Below, one piece after another: positions 22,536-31,996 of a stretch of DNA of 60,799 nucleotides (its first letter is position 1; every line of letters begins with the position of its first letter). The stretch is taken from contig SHVT01000002.1 in assembly GCA_009694125.1 (NCBI GenBank), forward strand, positions 1-60,799, read 5' to 3'. Position numbers and translations under genes: made by a program. This DNA is from Rhodospirillaceae bacterium. GTDB taxonomy: Bacteria > Pseudomonadota > Alphaproteobacteria > CACIAM-22H2. A model generated the notes under the pieces. That model searched no databases, was not told where the DNA came from, and worked only from the letters and a program-made list of their open reading frames with translations.

Positions 22536-23735
22536 CTAGCGCCGCGGCTGAGCCGGCGGCGTTACCGTCACCGGCACCGCGGACGGGGTTGTCGTCGTCG
22601 ACCGGGCCGGTGCTGGCGCCGGTCCCTCGCCGGTGCGCGTGGGGCCGTTGGGCGAGCCGGGAAATTGTCCTTCGGGCGGCGGTTCGCCGGCTTCGCGCAA
22701 AATAAGAATGCTGATGCGGCGATTCCGCGGGTCGAAGGCATTTTCGGTAATCAGGGGATCGCGTTCGGCCTTGCCGACGACACGTTCGAATTTGCTCGTC
22801 GGAACGCCCGCGTCGACCAGCGCTCGCCGACTTGAATTGGCGCGGTCGGTCGAAAGCTCCCAATTGCTGTAACCCTGGGGATTGGCGTAGGGAAGCGCGT
22901 CGGTATGGCCGGTGACCGAGATCTTGTTGGGCAGTCGGGCAACGATCCGAGCGACCTGGCCGAGCAGGGCGCGGGTCTGTGGCGCGGGCTGGGTGCTGCC
23001 CAGCGGGAACATCGACACCTTCTCCTGGTCGACGATCTGTATGCGCAGACCCTCGGGCGTGCGGTCGATGACCAAATTCTCCGCTAGGTTTTTTAACTCG
23101 GGGATGTCCTGAATCGCCTGGCGCAACATGTTCTCGGTGTCTTTGAACAGCTTGTTCTCGCGCTCGGCCAACAGCTTCTCGGCCTGCCGCTCCGTCAGCT
23201 TCTCGATCTGGACATCCTGGGTGGTCTGCTTATCGCGCTCCAACGCCGTCTGCAGCCGTTCTTTGGCGCTCGGCTGGTTTGGTTGCCGCTGCCGTTGCTG
23301 TTGTTGTTGCGCGGTTTGCATATCGCGCTGGGGGTTTTCTCGTTGATTGGACCCGTCGCCGTCGCCGACCGACTGGAATTTCCCGTCGTCATGTTCCCAC
23401 TCGACATCGACTTGAGCGGGTGGCGCCAGCGGCATGTTTTGCCCGGTGGCGCCGGTCGCGGAGGTCATGCCGCCCGTGCGAGAAACAAACATGCCGCCGA
23501 GCAGGCCACCGGAGCCGCTCGTGCTCTTGGACACGGTTTCGGGCGAGAAGTAGTTCGAGATGCCGTTTTTTTGCTCCTCCGTGGTGACGTTCAGGAGCCA
23601 GAGGAGCAGGAAAAACGCCATCATCGCGGTCACGAAATCGGCGTAGGCGACCTTCCAAGCGCCGCCGTGATGGCCGCCACCATGCCCACCTTTCTTGACC
23701 TTCTTGATGACAACGGCGGCGCCCTGGTCGGCCAT
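22536..23735 (-). CDS. motB: Flagellar motor stator protein MotB (OmpA-like C-terminal domain)
   Basis: N-terminal GGAWKVAYADFVTAMMAFFLLLWLL TM/plug, a long Q/E-rich linker, and a C-terminal OmpA-like domain (VTGHTD..., SNWELSTDRANSSRRAL). Confidence 0.88.
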   Translation of the reverse strand: MADQGAAVVIKKVKKGGHGGGHHGGAWKVAYADFVTAMMAFFLLLWLLNVTTEEQKNGISNYFSPETVSKSTSGSGGLLGGMFVSRTGGMTSATGATGQNMPLAPPAQVDVEWEHDDGKFQSVGDGDGSNQRENPQRDMQTAQQQQQRQRQPNQPSAKERLQTALERDKQTTQDVQIEKLTERQAEKLLAERENKLFKDTENMLRQAIQDIPELKNLAENLVIDRTPEGLRIQIVDQEKVSMFPLGSTQPAPQTRALLGQVARIVARLPNKISVTGHTDALPYANPQGYSNWELSTDRANSSRRALVDAGVPTSKFERVVGKAERDPLITENAFDPRNRRISILILREAGEPPPEGQFPGSPNGPTRTGEGPAPAPARSTTTTPSAVPVTVTPPAQPRR

Positions 23736-23747
23736 TGTGCTTGCCCC

Positions 23748-24609
23748 CTAGATCGGCGGCAGCGCGGCGACGGCTTCTTCGACTTCGTAGAAGCTCGGCC
23801 TCACATTCGACAACAGCGACTTGCGGGCGAATTCAACAGCCACGGCCGGGGCGTAGCCCTGCATGAAGGCAAGAACGCCGGCCTTGACGCATTGCAGGTA
23901 CTTGCCCTCGGCGTCGAACGTATTCTTGATCGATGTCCCGATCGGTCCGACGAAGCCATAAGACAGAAGCACGCCGAGGAAGATGCCAACCAGCGCGCCG
24001 CCGATAAGATGGCCGAGAACTTCGGGTGGTTCCGTGATCGATCCCATGGTGTGAATGACGCCAAGAACGGCGGCAACGATGCCGAGCGCCGGCAATCCGT
24101 CCGACATGGTCAGCACCGCAGCCGAAAGTTGTGCCTGTTCGGCGTGGTGGGTTTCGATTTCCTCGTCCATCAGTGCCTCGACCTCATGCGGATTGTCGGT
24201 GCCCAAGGTCAGCAGCCGGAGGTAGCCGCATAGATAAAGTGACGGCGTGATGGTCCGACAGAAATATCGGAAACTTTTGAAAGATCGAACTCTCGTGCGG
24301 TTTTTCCACATGCGACTCAAGCGCGAGCAAGCCTTTGGATTTTGCTAGTTTGAACGGGCTGTATTGCAGCGTCAGCAACTCGAGATAGGCGGCGCGGTCA
24401 TAACGCGACCCCTTCAGCATGCTGCCCAATGCCCCGCCAATGCGAGACAATAGGGATTTCGGGTTGGCGATCAGAAAGGCACCGATCGCGGCGCCGCCGA
24501 TGATGACGAATTCGAAGGGTTGCCACAAGACGGCCACGTGCCCACCGTTGGCCATATAGCCACCGATGACGCTGAGGATTACGACAATGGCACCGACGAT
24601 GAACAGCAT
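23748..24609 (-). pseudogene. motA: Flagellar motor stator protein MotA, frameshifted
   Basis: The N-terminal half lies in the frame of 24657/24609 (MLFIVGAIVVILSVIGGYMANGGHVAVLWQPFEFVIIGG...FLSDHHAV). The C-terminal half lies in the frame of 24320 (LYLCGYLRLL...LMDEEIETHH...GIVAAVLGVIHTM...YAPAVAVEFARK). The frames switch at about 24236-24252. Confidence 0.8.
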
Positions 24610-24733
24610 TGCGAAGAAGCGGCTCCAACCGATTGACTTGACGAGAAACTGCCCCAACGCTGGTTAAGATTTAGTTTAGTGCATGATTGTCATTGTTCCA
24701 ACTTCTTCGCGGCGGGCAGGCAACGGCGCGTTT

Positions 24734-27121
24734 TCACTTCGGGGCCAATCGAAGAATTCCGATGCCTCGGAGCGCCACCTCGTCGCGGGTGCCGGCAAGT
24801 GTTACATAGCCCCCGTCAAGCCAAAGTGGGGATAGGTCACCGTAAAAGGAAGAGAGCGGATTTCCCGATTGACCGACGGCCTGAATGAATCGCGAGGAGG
24901 CGAGGTCGAATAAGTCATAGACCGCGCGATAGCCTGGACCATGAGCAGTGGCGAAGGGATTGATATCGCTGCCAATTCTCGAACGACCACGCAGCAATGT
25001 GAAATCGTCGCCATCAATCGGCAGGGCGATATTGGCCAAGCGCCCCAGAACCGGAATTTGGCTCAGGATACGGTTGTCGAAACGAGCCTCATGGGCATCG
25101 CCCCACCGCCAGCCCGCCCGATCGGCGCCAAATCGACGGTCAAGCTCGGCCATCGCGGAATCAAAAGATGTCCGAAGCTGCTGGTCACAGGTTTCCGCTT
25201 CAGGCGTCGTAATATCGTCGCACCATTGCCGATCGGCGCGCAAAACGCGCTCGACCAGGGGGGCGCGGAGGTCCCAGAAATCGCCGAAGAGCGGTCCGAG
25301 TTCGTCGGCGAAAAGCGCTCGCACGAGGTCACGAAGCCAATAGCTAAAGATCAGTGGCTCGGCGCGATCGCGCGCCATCGTCCCATCCCAGGCGGCGAGG
25401 TTTTCAAATGTAGCGGCCGCCTTCGTGTTCGTTGGAACGAAGGCGACCATCAACGGGACCAGGTCGCGGGCGGCCATTGAAACCGAATCGACCTGTATCG
25501 CGGCAGTATTTTTCATCGTGTGCCGGGGCGTCGCGGCGAGAAGCTCCTCAAGACGACGGGCACGGTAGGCAGGCGGCCAATCGCGGGCGAGAAAGAACGG
25601 ATAGTTGTCGCTGACAATTTTGTTATTTGCGTTGGCCAGAACGCCGCCGACCGGGTTGCGAATGTGGGGCAATCGGTCGAACGGAATAAAGCCGGTCCAG
25701 TCATGCGCATCGGTCCATCCGGCGAGTGGCAGGGATGAATCCGCGCCGGCGCGGATCGGCACGCGGCCGGCCGCCAGGAATCCGATGGTGCCGCTGAGAT
25801 CGGCATACATGACGTTCTGTTGCGGGGCGTGGAAAAGGCGCAGGGCCGCCTCCAACGCGGTGGCGTCATTCGCGTGGTTGATTCGAAATATCGCCTCCGG
25901 CGTGGGGTCGTTGGCGACCAGGGCGGTGGCAGCTAGAGCAAGGACATAACGCGACCCGTCTTCGGCCGGAATCGGCTCGGAGTTCGGGAGAATATCCGAG
26001 ATGATTGGTCCATGGCGGCTCTCGCGTATCGTCAGCGCCACGTCTTCGCCGCCCCGCACGCGGATGGTCTCCTGCCGCTGTCGAAACTCCGTCCGACCGG
26101 TTGGGGTCGCGTAGCCGCCCCCATCTCCAGGGGCCATGCGCTCGACGAACAAATCCTGGGTGTCGCTCTCCGTCGTGGTCATGCCCCAGGCGACCTTGCC
26201 GTTATGTCCGAGGACGTGGAAGGGGACGCCGGGCACGGTGGCGCCCGCGATCCGCCATGACGGCGTTTCGATGCGCGCCAAATACCAGAGATTCGGCGCG
26301 GAATAGCCCAAATGGGGATCATTGGCGAGGATCGGTTTGCCGCTTGCGGTGCGGTCGCCCGCAAGAACCCAGGCATTCGAGGCCGATTGATGAACCAGCG
26401 CTTCCGGCGTGGCCGCGGCGAGGTGTTCGAGCGGCAAGCTCGCAAGGGCCGCGAGCGTAACCGGAGCGGTCGGCGGATAGGGTGGCCACAGGCTGGCGAA
26501 TTGCGACGGTGTGAGCCGGCGCAAGACGCGCGAGCGAAACAGTTCACTGCCCCAATTGCCGGAAAGCTGCATGGCCATCAGCTTTCCCCAAACCGAAGAA
26601 TCCGCCGTCTTCCACGGCTCCGGACGAATGCCGAGCAGGTAGAATTCGGGTGGCCAGGCTCCGGCATTGCCCGCGATGAAGGCGTTGACGCCGGCGGCAT
26701 AGGCTTCAAATACCCCACGAGTCTCGGCGGACAGGTTCGGCAGCCCTTCCTCGGCAAGGCGATAAAGGCCGAGCACACGCATGAACCGGTCGCTGCCGAG
26801 GCCGGCTGACCCTACCACTTCGGCCAACCGACCCGATCCTAGGCGCCGCATTAATTCCATTTGAACGAGGCGGTCCTGGGCGTGGACAAAACCCAGGCCG
26901 AAATAACCGTCATTCGGAGTTTGAGCGAAAATATGGGGGATCGCGTGCCCATCGCGCACGATTTCGATCGGCGCCGAAATTCCGGCGAGGTGGATCGTTC
27001 CGTCGACCTGCGGCAGCGATGTGCGAAGCCACAGATAAGCCCCACTCAAACCCAACACGACGAGCGCGACCAAGAGCAAGGCGCCGCGTCGAAGCCAGCG
27101 GAACGTCCTTGCCCGGGTCAT
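24734..27121 (-). CDS. Penicillin acylase-family Ntn hydrolase (possible acyl-homoserine-lactone acylase), membrane anchored
   Basis: About 795 aa from the ATG at 27121. N-terminal TM (WLRRGALLLVALVVLGLSG) and the beta-subunit nucleophile context SASNAWVLAGDRTASGKPILANDPHL. The start overlaps the ALDH stop (ATGA). Confidence 0.85.
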   Translation of the reverse strand: MTRARTFRWLRRGALLLVALVVLGLSGAYLWLRTSLPQVDGTIHLAGISAPIEIVRDGHAIPHIFAQTPNDGYFGLGFVHAQDRLVQMELMRRLGSGRLAEVVGSAGLGSDRFMRVLGLYRLAEEGLPNLSAETRGVFEAYAAGVNAFIAGNAGAWPPEFYLLGIRPEPWKTADSSVWGKLMAMQLSGNWGSELFRSRVLRRLTPSQFASLWPPYPPTAPVTLAALASLPLEHLAAATPEALVHQSASNAWVLAGDRTASGKPILANDPHLGYSAPNLWYLARIETPSWRIAGATVPGVPFHVLGHNGKVAWGMTTTESDTQDLFVERMAPGDGGGYATPTGRTEFRQRQETIRVRGGEDVALTIRESRHGPIISDILPNSEPIPAEDGSRYVLALAATALVANDPTPEAIFRINHANDATALEAALRLFHAPQQNVMYADLSGTIGFLAAGRVPIRAGADSSLPLAGWTDAHDWTGFIPFDRLPHIRNPVGGVLANANNKIVSDNYPFFLARDWPPAYRARRLEELLAATPRHTMKNTAAIQVDSVSMAARDLVPLMVAFVPTNTKAAATFENLAAWDGTMARDRAEPLIFSYWLRDLVRALFADELGPLFGDFWDLRAPLVERVLRADRQWCDDITTPEAETCDQQLRTSFDSAMAELDRRFGADRAGWRWGDAHEARFDNRILSQIPVLGRLANIALPIDGDDFTLLRGRSRIGSDINPFATAHGPGYRAVYDLFDLASSRFIQAVGQSGNPLSSFYGDLSPLWLDGGYVTLAGTRDEVALRGIGILRLAPK

Positions 27122-28620
27122 GGGCCCAGATTCACGATGACGGTCTTTTTGTGGGTGAAATGCTCGATCATGGCCTCTAGCGAAGCCTCTTTGCCCAGGC
27201 CGGATTGCTTGGTGCCGCCATAGGAGAGTCCTGGCTGCACGACGATGTTCTGGTTGACCTGGACAAAACCGGCTTGGAGGCGGCGGGCGGCGTTCAGCGC
27301 GGTGCCGATGTCGCGAGTCCACACGGTCGCGGCCAGGCCGTAGTCGCTGTCATTGGCCTGTCCGATCACGTCATCCTGATCGGACCAGGGGATCAGACAT
27401 GTGACTGGGCCGAAGATTTCTTCACGCGCGACACGATGCCGGTTGGTGAGACCGCTGAACAACACAGGCTGAACAAAGAGGCCTTGTTTCAGCCTGGGAT
27501 CGGCCGGCAATGCCGAACATCGATGCGCAACGGCGCCCGGTGTTTCGCTGCCGAGCGCGATGTAACGGCTCACCTTGTCGTATTGCGCTTTCGAGATGAT
27601 GGCGCCGATGTCGGTTGCCTCGTCGAGCGGATCGCCCATTTTCATGGCGTCCACCTTGGCCTTCATGCCGCGTAGGAAGGCGTCGTGGAGGCTGGCATGA
27701 ACGAATATTCGGCTGGCTGCGGTGCAACTTTGACCCTGGCGCGTGAAACGCATGCCGGTGACGGCACCCGCGATCGCACGGTCGAGATCGGCATCGGGCA
27801 TGACGATCATCGGGCTTTTTCCGCCCAATTCGAGCGTCACCGGAATAAGTTTGTCGGCGGCGTTGCGCGACACGGCCTTCCCGGTTTCCACCGAGCCCGT
27901 AAAGGTGATTTTTGCGACCTTGGGATGGGCCACCAGCGGCGCCCCGCATTCCGGGCCGAATCCTGAAACGATGTTGAACACGCCGGGCGGCAAGACCTGG
28001 TTCATGATCTGACAGACCCGGAGGACCGCCATTGGCGCCTCCTCGGCGGATTTGACGACGACGGCGTTCCCGGCGACGAGCGCGGGCGCGATTTTGAGCG
28101 CCATCAGCATCATCGGCACGTTCCACGGGATGATCGCTCCAACCACGCCCAGGGGCTCGCGCAGGGTCATCGTCAGCATGTCGGGATTGAAGGGCACGGT
28201 CTCGCCCTTCAGCTCTGATCCCAGGCCACCATAAAACAGGAAAACATCGGCGAGGACAGACGCCTCGACTCGGCTTTCCGTACGCAGGGCCTTGCCGGTC
28301 TCCAAAGCGACCAGTCGCCCCAATTCCTCCGCATGTTCGCCTAACCGGCGGCCGCATTCGGCGATCAATTTGCCGCGCTGACGGGCGGCGATACGTGCCC
28401 ATCCCGGCTGGGCGGCGGCGGCGGCCGAAACCGCGCGATCGACATCATCGGCCTCGCCGAGGGCCGCGGAGGCGACGGTGTCCATCGTCGCGGGAGCAAC
28501 TACCGGAAAGGTCTTGCCGGAGGCCGCGGAACATAATTTGCCGTCGATCAACAGCGAGCCGGAAAGGGTCCGCGCCAACACGAAGGGATCGAGGTCGGGC
28601 CGCAGTGGATTTGTCGCCAT
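27118..28620 (-). CDS. NAD(P)-dependent aldehyde dehydrogenase
   Basis: About 500 aa from the ATG at 28620, with WNVPMM, FTGSVETGK, ELGGKSP (catalytic Glu) and QGQSCTAASR (catalytic Cys). Confidence 0.9.
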   Translation of the reverse strand: MATNPLRPDLDPFVLARTLSGSLLIDGKLCSAASGKTFPVVAPATMDTVASAALGEADDVDRAVSAAAAAQPGWARIAARQRGKLIAECGRRLGEHAEELGRLVALETGKALRTESRVEASVLADVFLFYGGLGSELKGETVPFNPDMLTMTLREPLGVVGAIIPWNVPMMLMALKIAPALVAGNAVVVKSAEEAPMAVLRVCQIMNQVLPPGVFNIVSGFGPECGAPLVAHPKVAKITFTGSVETGKAVSRNAADKLIPVTLELGGKSPMIVMPDADLDRAIAGAVTGMRFTRQGQSCTAASRIFVHASLHDAFLRGMKAKVDAMKMGDPLDEATDIGAIISKAQYDKVSRYIALGSETPGAVAHRCSALPADPRLKQGLFVQPVLFSGLTNRHRVAREEIFGPVTCLIPWSDQDDVIGQANDSDYGLAATVWTRDIGTALNAARRLQAGFVQVNQNIVVQPGLSYGGTKQSGLGKEASLEAMIEHFTHKKTVIVNLGP

Positions 28621-28750
28621 CTTGGTGTCATAGCGGAGCGCCGTTCCTGGCGCAATCGCGCGCGGCCCTGGGTTCACCGTGGCGATGGTCGGTTGCGCGT
28701 TGCGGCACGCGGTCATATACCGGTCGAGCATGGGAACCGGAGGGAGAACG

Positions 28751-29521
28751 ATGTCGATCGCCGCTCTGTTGTTCGATGTCGACGGTACCCTCGCCGAAAC
28801 CGAAGAAGCGCATCGTGAGGCATTTAATGCCGCGTTCCATGAACACGGCTACCCCTGGGTCTGGGACCGCGCCCTTTATGCCGATCTTCTGCGGGTAACC
28901 GGGGGCAAGGAGCGTATCCGCCACTATCTCTCCCGCTTTCAGGCGGAACTGCTCAAGACCGCTGGGATCGAGAACACAATTCGAAGCCTCCATGAGGCGA
29001 AGAACCGCGGCTATTGGTCCGCGATTTCGCGGGGCGCCATTGATCTGCGCCCCGGAATTCGTCGCCTGATCGCGGACGCTAGGCAGGCCGGGTTGCGCCT
29101 CGCCATCGCCACGACGACATCCCTGCCCTCGGTTCGGGAGCTTCTGGTCGGGACGCTGGGCCCGGACTCCCCTGGCTGGTTCGATACAATCGTCGGCGGC
29201 GACATGGTGGCCGCGAAAAAGCCGGCGCCCGATATTTATTCCTTGGCTTTGGAGAAACTGGGCCTTGCCCCGAATGCCTGCATGGCCTTCGAGGACTCGG
29301 CCAATGGCCTGCGATCTGCACTTGCCGCGCGGATTCCGGCGCTGATCACGGTCAGCGCGTACACCATGGGCCAGGACTTTGCCGGCGCCGTGGCCGTGCT
29401 TTCCGACCTCGGCGAACCCGGCGCACCTCTTCGTGTCTTCCGCGGCGATCCATCAGGCGAGGACTTCGTTTCGCTGAATCTGCTCCGGCGCTGGCACGAG
29501 GCGGCAACGTCGCCGGCTTGA
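28751..29521 (+). CDS. HAD-superfamily phosphatase, CbbY-like
   Basis: ALLFDVDGTLAETEEAHREAFNAAF..., ATTTS and AFEDSANGLRSA. A GGAGGGAG Shine-Dalgarno precedes the ATG at 28751. Confidence 0.8.
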   Translation: MSIAALLFDVDGTLAETEEAHREAFNAAFHEHGYPWVWDRALYADLLRVTGGKERIRHYLSRFQAELLKTAGIENTIRSLHEAKNRGYWSAISRGAIDLRPGIRRLIADARQAGLRLAIATTTSLPSVRELLVGTLGPDSPGWFDTIVGGDMVAAKKPAPDIYSLALEKLGLAPNACMAFEDSANGLRSALAARIPALITVSAYTMGQDFAGAVAVLSDLGEPGAPLRVFRGDPSGEDFVSLNLLRRWHEAATSPA

Positions 29522-29552
29522 CCGGGGAATCGCCATCAGCGACAACGGGACG

Positions 29553-30578
29553 ATGTTTCTTCGCGACCTATGGTACTTGGTGCTTCCCGGCGAGGGCCTA
29601 AAGCCCGGACGGATTGTGCCCAAAACGCTTCTGGGTGAACGCCTTATCATTGGGCGCGACAGCGCGGGCGCGCCTTTCTGCCTTCGCGACTTTTGTCCCC
29701 ATCGTGGGATGCCGCTGTCCTTTGGCCACTTCGACGGCCGCGAGATCGAATGCTGCTACCATGGGTGGCGCTTCGATCCCTCCGGGCGGTGCACCGCCAT
29801 CCCATCCTTGGTTGAAGCGCAATCGTTCGACCTCGGTCGCATCAATGCGGTCGCGTATCCCTGCCGCGAGGTTCAGGGCAACATCTGGGTCTTTTTCCCC
29901 AGCGCGAGGGAAACCCCGAACCCGGTGCCCGAAATTCCGGAAGTGCCGGCGGTCGGAACCGGATCCTACCAGCTGGCGCTGTCGATGGTATTCCCTTGCG
30001 CGGTCGATCACGCCGTTGTTGGTCTGATGGACCCCGCTCACGGGCCATTCGTGCATCGCTCCTGGTTCTGGCGATCGCGGCGCTCGGCGCATGAGAAGGA
30101 ACGGCGATTCGAGCCATCGCCGTTTGGTTTCCGCATGGTCCGCCACCGGCCGTCAAGCAACTCGCGTGCCTATAAGTTGTTGGGGCGGCCGACGACGGAG
30201 ATCACGTTCCGACTACCCGGAATTCGGGTCGAGCACATTGAATCGGACAATGGCGTGGTCTGCAACCTGACCGCAGTGACTCCGATCGACAAGGACACGA
30301 CGCAGATCAATCACCTGGTTTATTGGACGATTCCCTGGCTGGGCCTCCTCAAACCGATCGCGCGCCGTCTTGGGCGGACGTTTCTCGAGCAGGATCGAGA
30401 AACGGTCGCGCGCCAGCAACTCGGTTTGGCTGGGGACCCCGCCTTGATGCTGATCGATGACGCCGATCGGCCGGCCAAATGGTACTACCGGATCAAGGCG
30501 GAATTTGCCCGCGCCCAGGACGAAGGCCGCGCCTTCGTCAACCCCGTGAAGGAGCGGGTACTACACTGGCGGAGTTAG
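29553..30578 (+). CDS. Rieske [2Fe-2S] non-heme-iron oxygenase (PaO/VanA-like alpha subunit)
   Basis: Rieske motif CPHRGMPLS...CCYHGWRF and the mononuclear-iron motif DPAHGPFVH (D-x2-H-x4-H). Confidence 0.85.
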   Translation: MFLRDLWYLVLPGEGLKPGRIVPKTLLGERLIIGRDSAGAPFCLRDFCPHRGMPLSFGHFDGREIECCYHGWRFDPSGRCTAIPSLVEAQSFDLGRINAVAYPCREVQGNIWVFFPSARETPNPVPEIPEVPAVGTGSYQLALSMVFPCAVDHAVVGLMDPAHGPFVHRSWFWRSRRSAHEKERRFEPSPFGFRMVRHRPSSNSRAYKLLGRPTTEITFRLPGIRVEHIESDNGVVCNLTAVTPIDKDTTQINHLVYWTIPWLGLLKPIARRLGRTFLEQDRETVARQQLGLAGDPALMLIDDADRPAKWYYRIKAEFARAQDEGRAFVNPVKERVLHWRS

Positions 30579-30599
30579 CGGCCGGCGTAAGTTCAACGC

Positions 30600-30932
30600 T
30601 CAGCGGTGGGCCAGCTTGAGGGCAAGGACCGATAACGCCTCATCAACGGACCGCGCTTGCCGAACCAGGCGGCGGCCGTGCGAAACGGCGAAGTCGCCCG
30701 CGCGCCGCGATCCCGCCGGGAACTTCGCGATGATGAATTCCGGTTCGCCGCGAGCGTGACGAAAGACCTGAAACGCCGCCATGCCGGGGCTGCTGTCGAT
30801 GGCATAATCGCGCCACGCGCCATCAGCCACCTTGCGTCCGTAAAAATGGAGCAGACGGCGGAGTTCCGCCGCCTCAAAACGCACGCCGACCGGACGCCGT
30901 GAAAAATCCTTCAGTCGAACGACATTGTTCAT
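30600..30932 (-). CDS. Small conserved protein, DUF2794-like
   Basis: 110 aa with ELRRLLHFYGRKVADGAWRDYAID...; this resembles the alphaproteobacterial DUF2794 family as I recall it. Confidence 0.55.
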   Translation of the reverse strand: MNNVVRLKDFSRRPVGVRFEAAELRRLLHFYGRKVADGAWRDYAIDSSPGMAAFQVFRHARGEPEFIIAKFPAGSRRAGDFAVSHGRRLVRQARSVDEALSVLALKLAHR

Positions 30933-30938
30933 GGGGCG

Positions 30939-31262
30939 TCAGTTCAAGCGGCGCGACGGCGCCGCGAACGGATCGGGCTGCGTGTAATACTCCGCAACCC
31001 CTAGAGTGCGGTAGCAGAAAACCGGCGCCTTTTCTTCCGGCTGCGGCAGGTCCGGGGTTAACTCTCGGCACAGGCGACCGTCCGATATCAATCCCCGCAT
31101 CGAACAATCGCGGCCGGAAACGTACGAAACAACGTGGTCGGACAAGCTTTTCCCCGTGCCCATATAGGTCATCAGGCCGAGCCCGTTCAGTCCAAATTCG
31201 ACCGGGGTTTGGCAACCCGCGGTCAACAGGGCAAGGGCAATCCAGAGAAGTCGTTTTGTCAT
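30939..31262 (-). CDS. Putative lipoprotein (unknown function)
   Basis: MTKRLLWIALALLTAGC has a lipobox-like signal, and there are four further Cys residues. No family recognised. Confidence 0.5.
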   Translation of the reverse strand: MTKRLLWIALALLTAGCQTPVEFGLNGLGLMTYMGTGKSLSDHVVSYVSGRDCSMRGLISDGRLCRELTPDLPQPEEKAPVFCYRTLGVAEYYTQPDPFAAPSRRLN

Positions 31263-31381
31263 TCCCCCGCTGCCTTCCACCGATTCCCCCGGCGTCTATT
31301 CATCATTCCGCGCCGCGGTCTTGTTGTGGCCGCAATTTTGCGAAATATTGTCGGCCCGCGTCAATCACGGAAGGAAGTGCC

Positions 31382-31936
31382 ATGGCAGCGGAGACGCCGG
31401 TTTGCGACTTCGGGCGGCGGGCGGTCGATTTCGATCTCATCGGAGTGGATGGCAAGCGGTACCGCCTGGCCGACATTCGCGGCCAGAGGGGCACATTGGT
31501 CATGTTCATCTGCAATCATTGCCCCTATGTCCGCGCCATTATCGAACGCCTAGTGGACGAAGTCGGTGAATTGAAAGCCCACGGGGTTGGTGCCGTTGCC
31601 ATCATGTCCAACGACGTATTGGCCTATCCCGAGGATTCCTTCGACAAAATGAAGGAATTCGCGCACCAGCACAACTTCGACTTTCCCTACGCCATCGACG
31701 AGACGCAGGCCGTGGCCAAAGCCTATGGCGCGGTGTGCACGCCGGATTTCTTCGGTTTCAATGCGAGTCTCGAGTTACAATATCGCGGACGCATGGATGC
31801 CTCGCGCCGCGAACTCGTGGCCGGCGCCCGTCGTGAACTGTTCGAGGCAATGACAACGATAGCGGCGACCGGGCAAGGACCGCGGGACCAGACGCCAAGC
31901 ATGGGCTGCTCGATCAAGTGGCGCCAGGCCGCATAA
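31382..31936 (+). CDS. Thioredoxin-fold (AhpC/TSA-redoxin-like) protein
   Basis: 184 aa with the FICNHCPYV CxxC motif and a redoxin-like layout. Only the last 184 codons of ORF 30899..31936 look genuine. Confidence 0.7.
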   Translation: MAAETPVCDFGRRAVDFDLIGVDGKRYRLADIRGQRGTLVMFICNHCPYVRAIIERLVDEVGELKAHGVGAVAIMSNDVLAYPEDSFDKMKEFAHQHNFDFPYAIDETQAVAKAYGAVCTPDFFGFNASLELQYRGRMDASRRELVAGARRELFEAMTTIAATGQGPRDQTPSMGCSIKWRQAA

Positions 31937-31996
31937 CTCAACCGGGCGATTCCGCCGCTGCAAGGCAACCGACACCAGCAAATTTCGGGTACGAAC

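Noticed and set aside
23296-23310. A CAA/CAG run (QQQQQ) in the motB linker as a possible contingency repeat.
   Set aside because: It has only five codons with mixed synonymous codons and is in-frame. That is too short and impure for slipped-strand phase variation.
29492-29506. A sigma-54-like TGGCAC-N5-GGCA just upstream of the Rieske oxygenase gene. Similar near-matches occur at 151..166 (TGGGAATAAATTGCT) and 28642..28658.
   Set aside because: In every case the GG-to-GC spacing is one nucleotide off the TGGCAC-N5-TTGC consensus, and the -12 TTGC is missing or shifted.
30899-31381. Long N-terminal extensions offered by the ORF track: 30899 for the redoxin gene, 7187 for dapA, 8136 for smpB, 27322 for the acylase, 28731 for the ALDH and 42467 for alr.
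   Set aside because: The extensions are Arg/Pro-rich, overlap neighbouring genes, and precede canonical family N-termini that have their own start codons.
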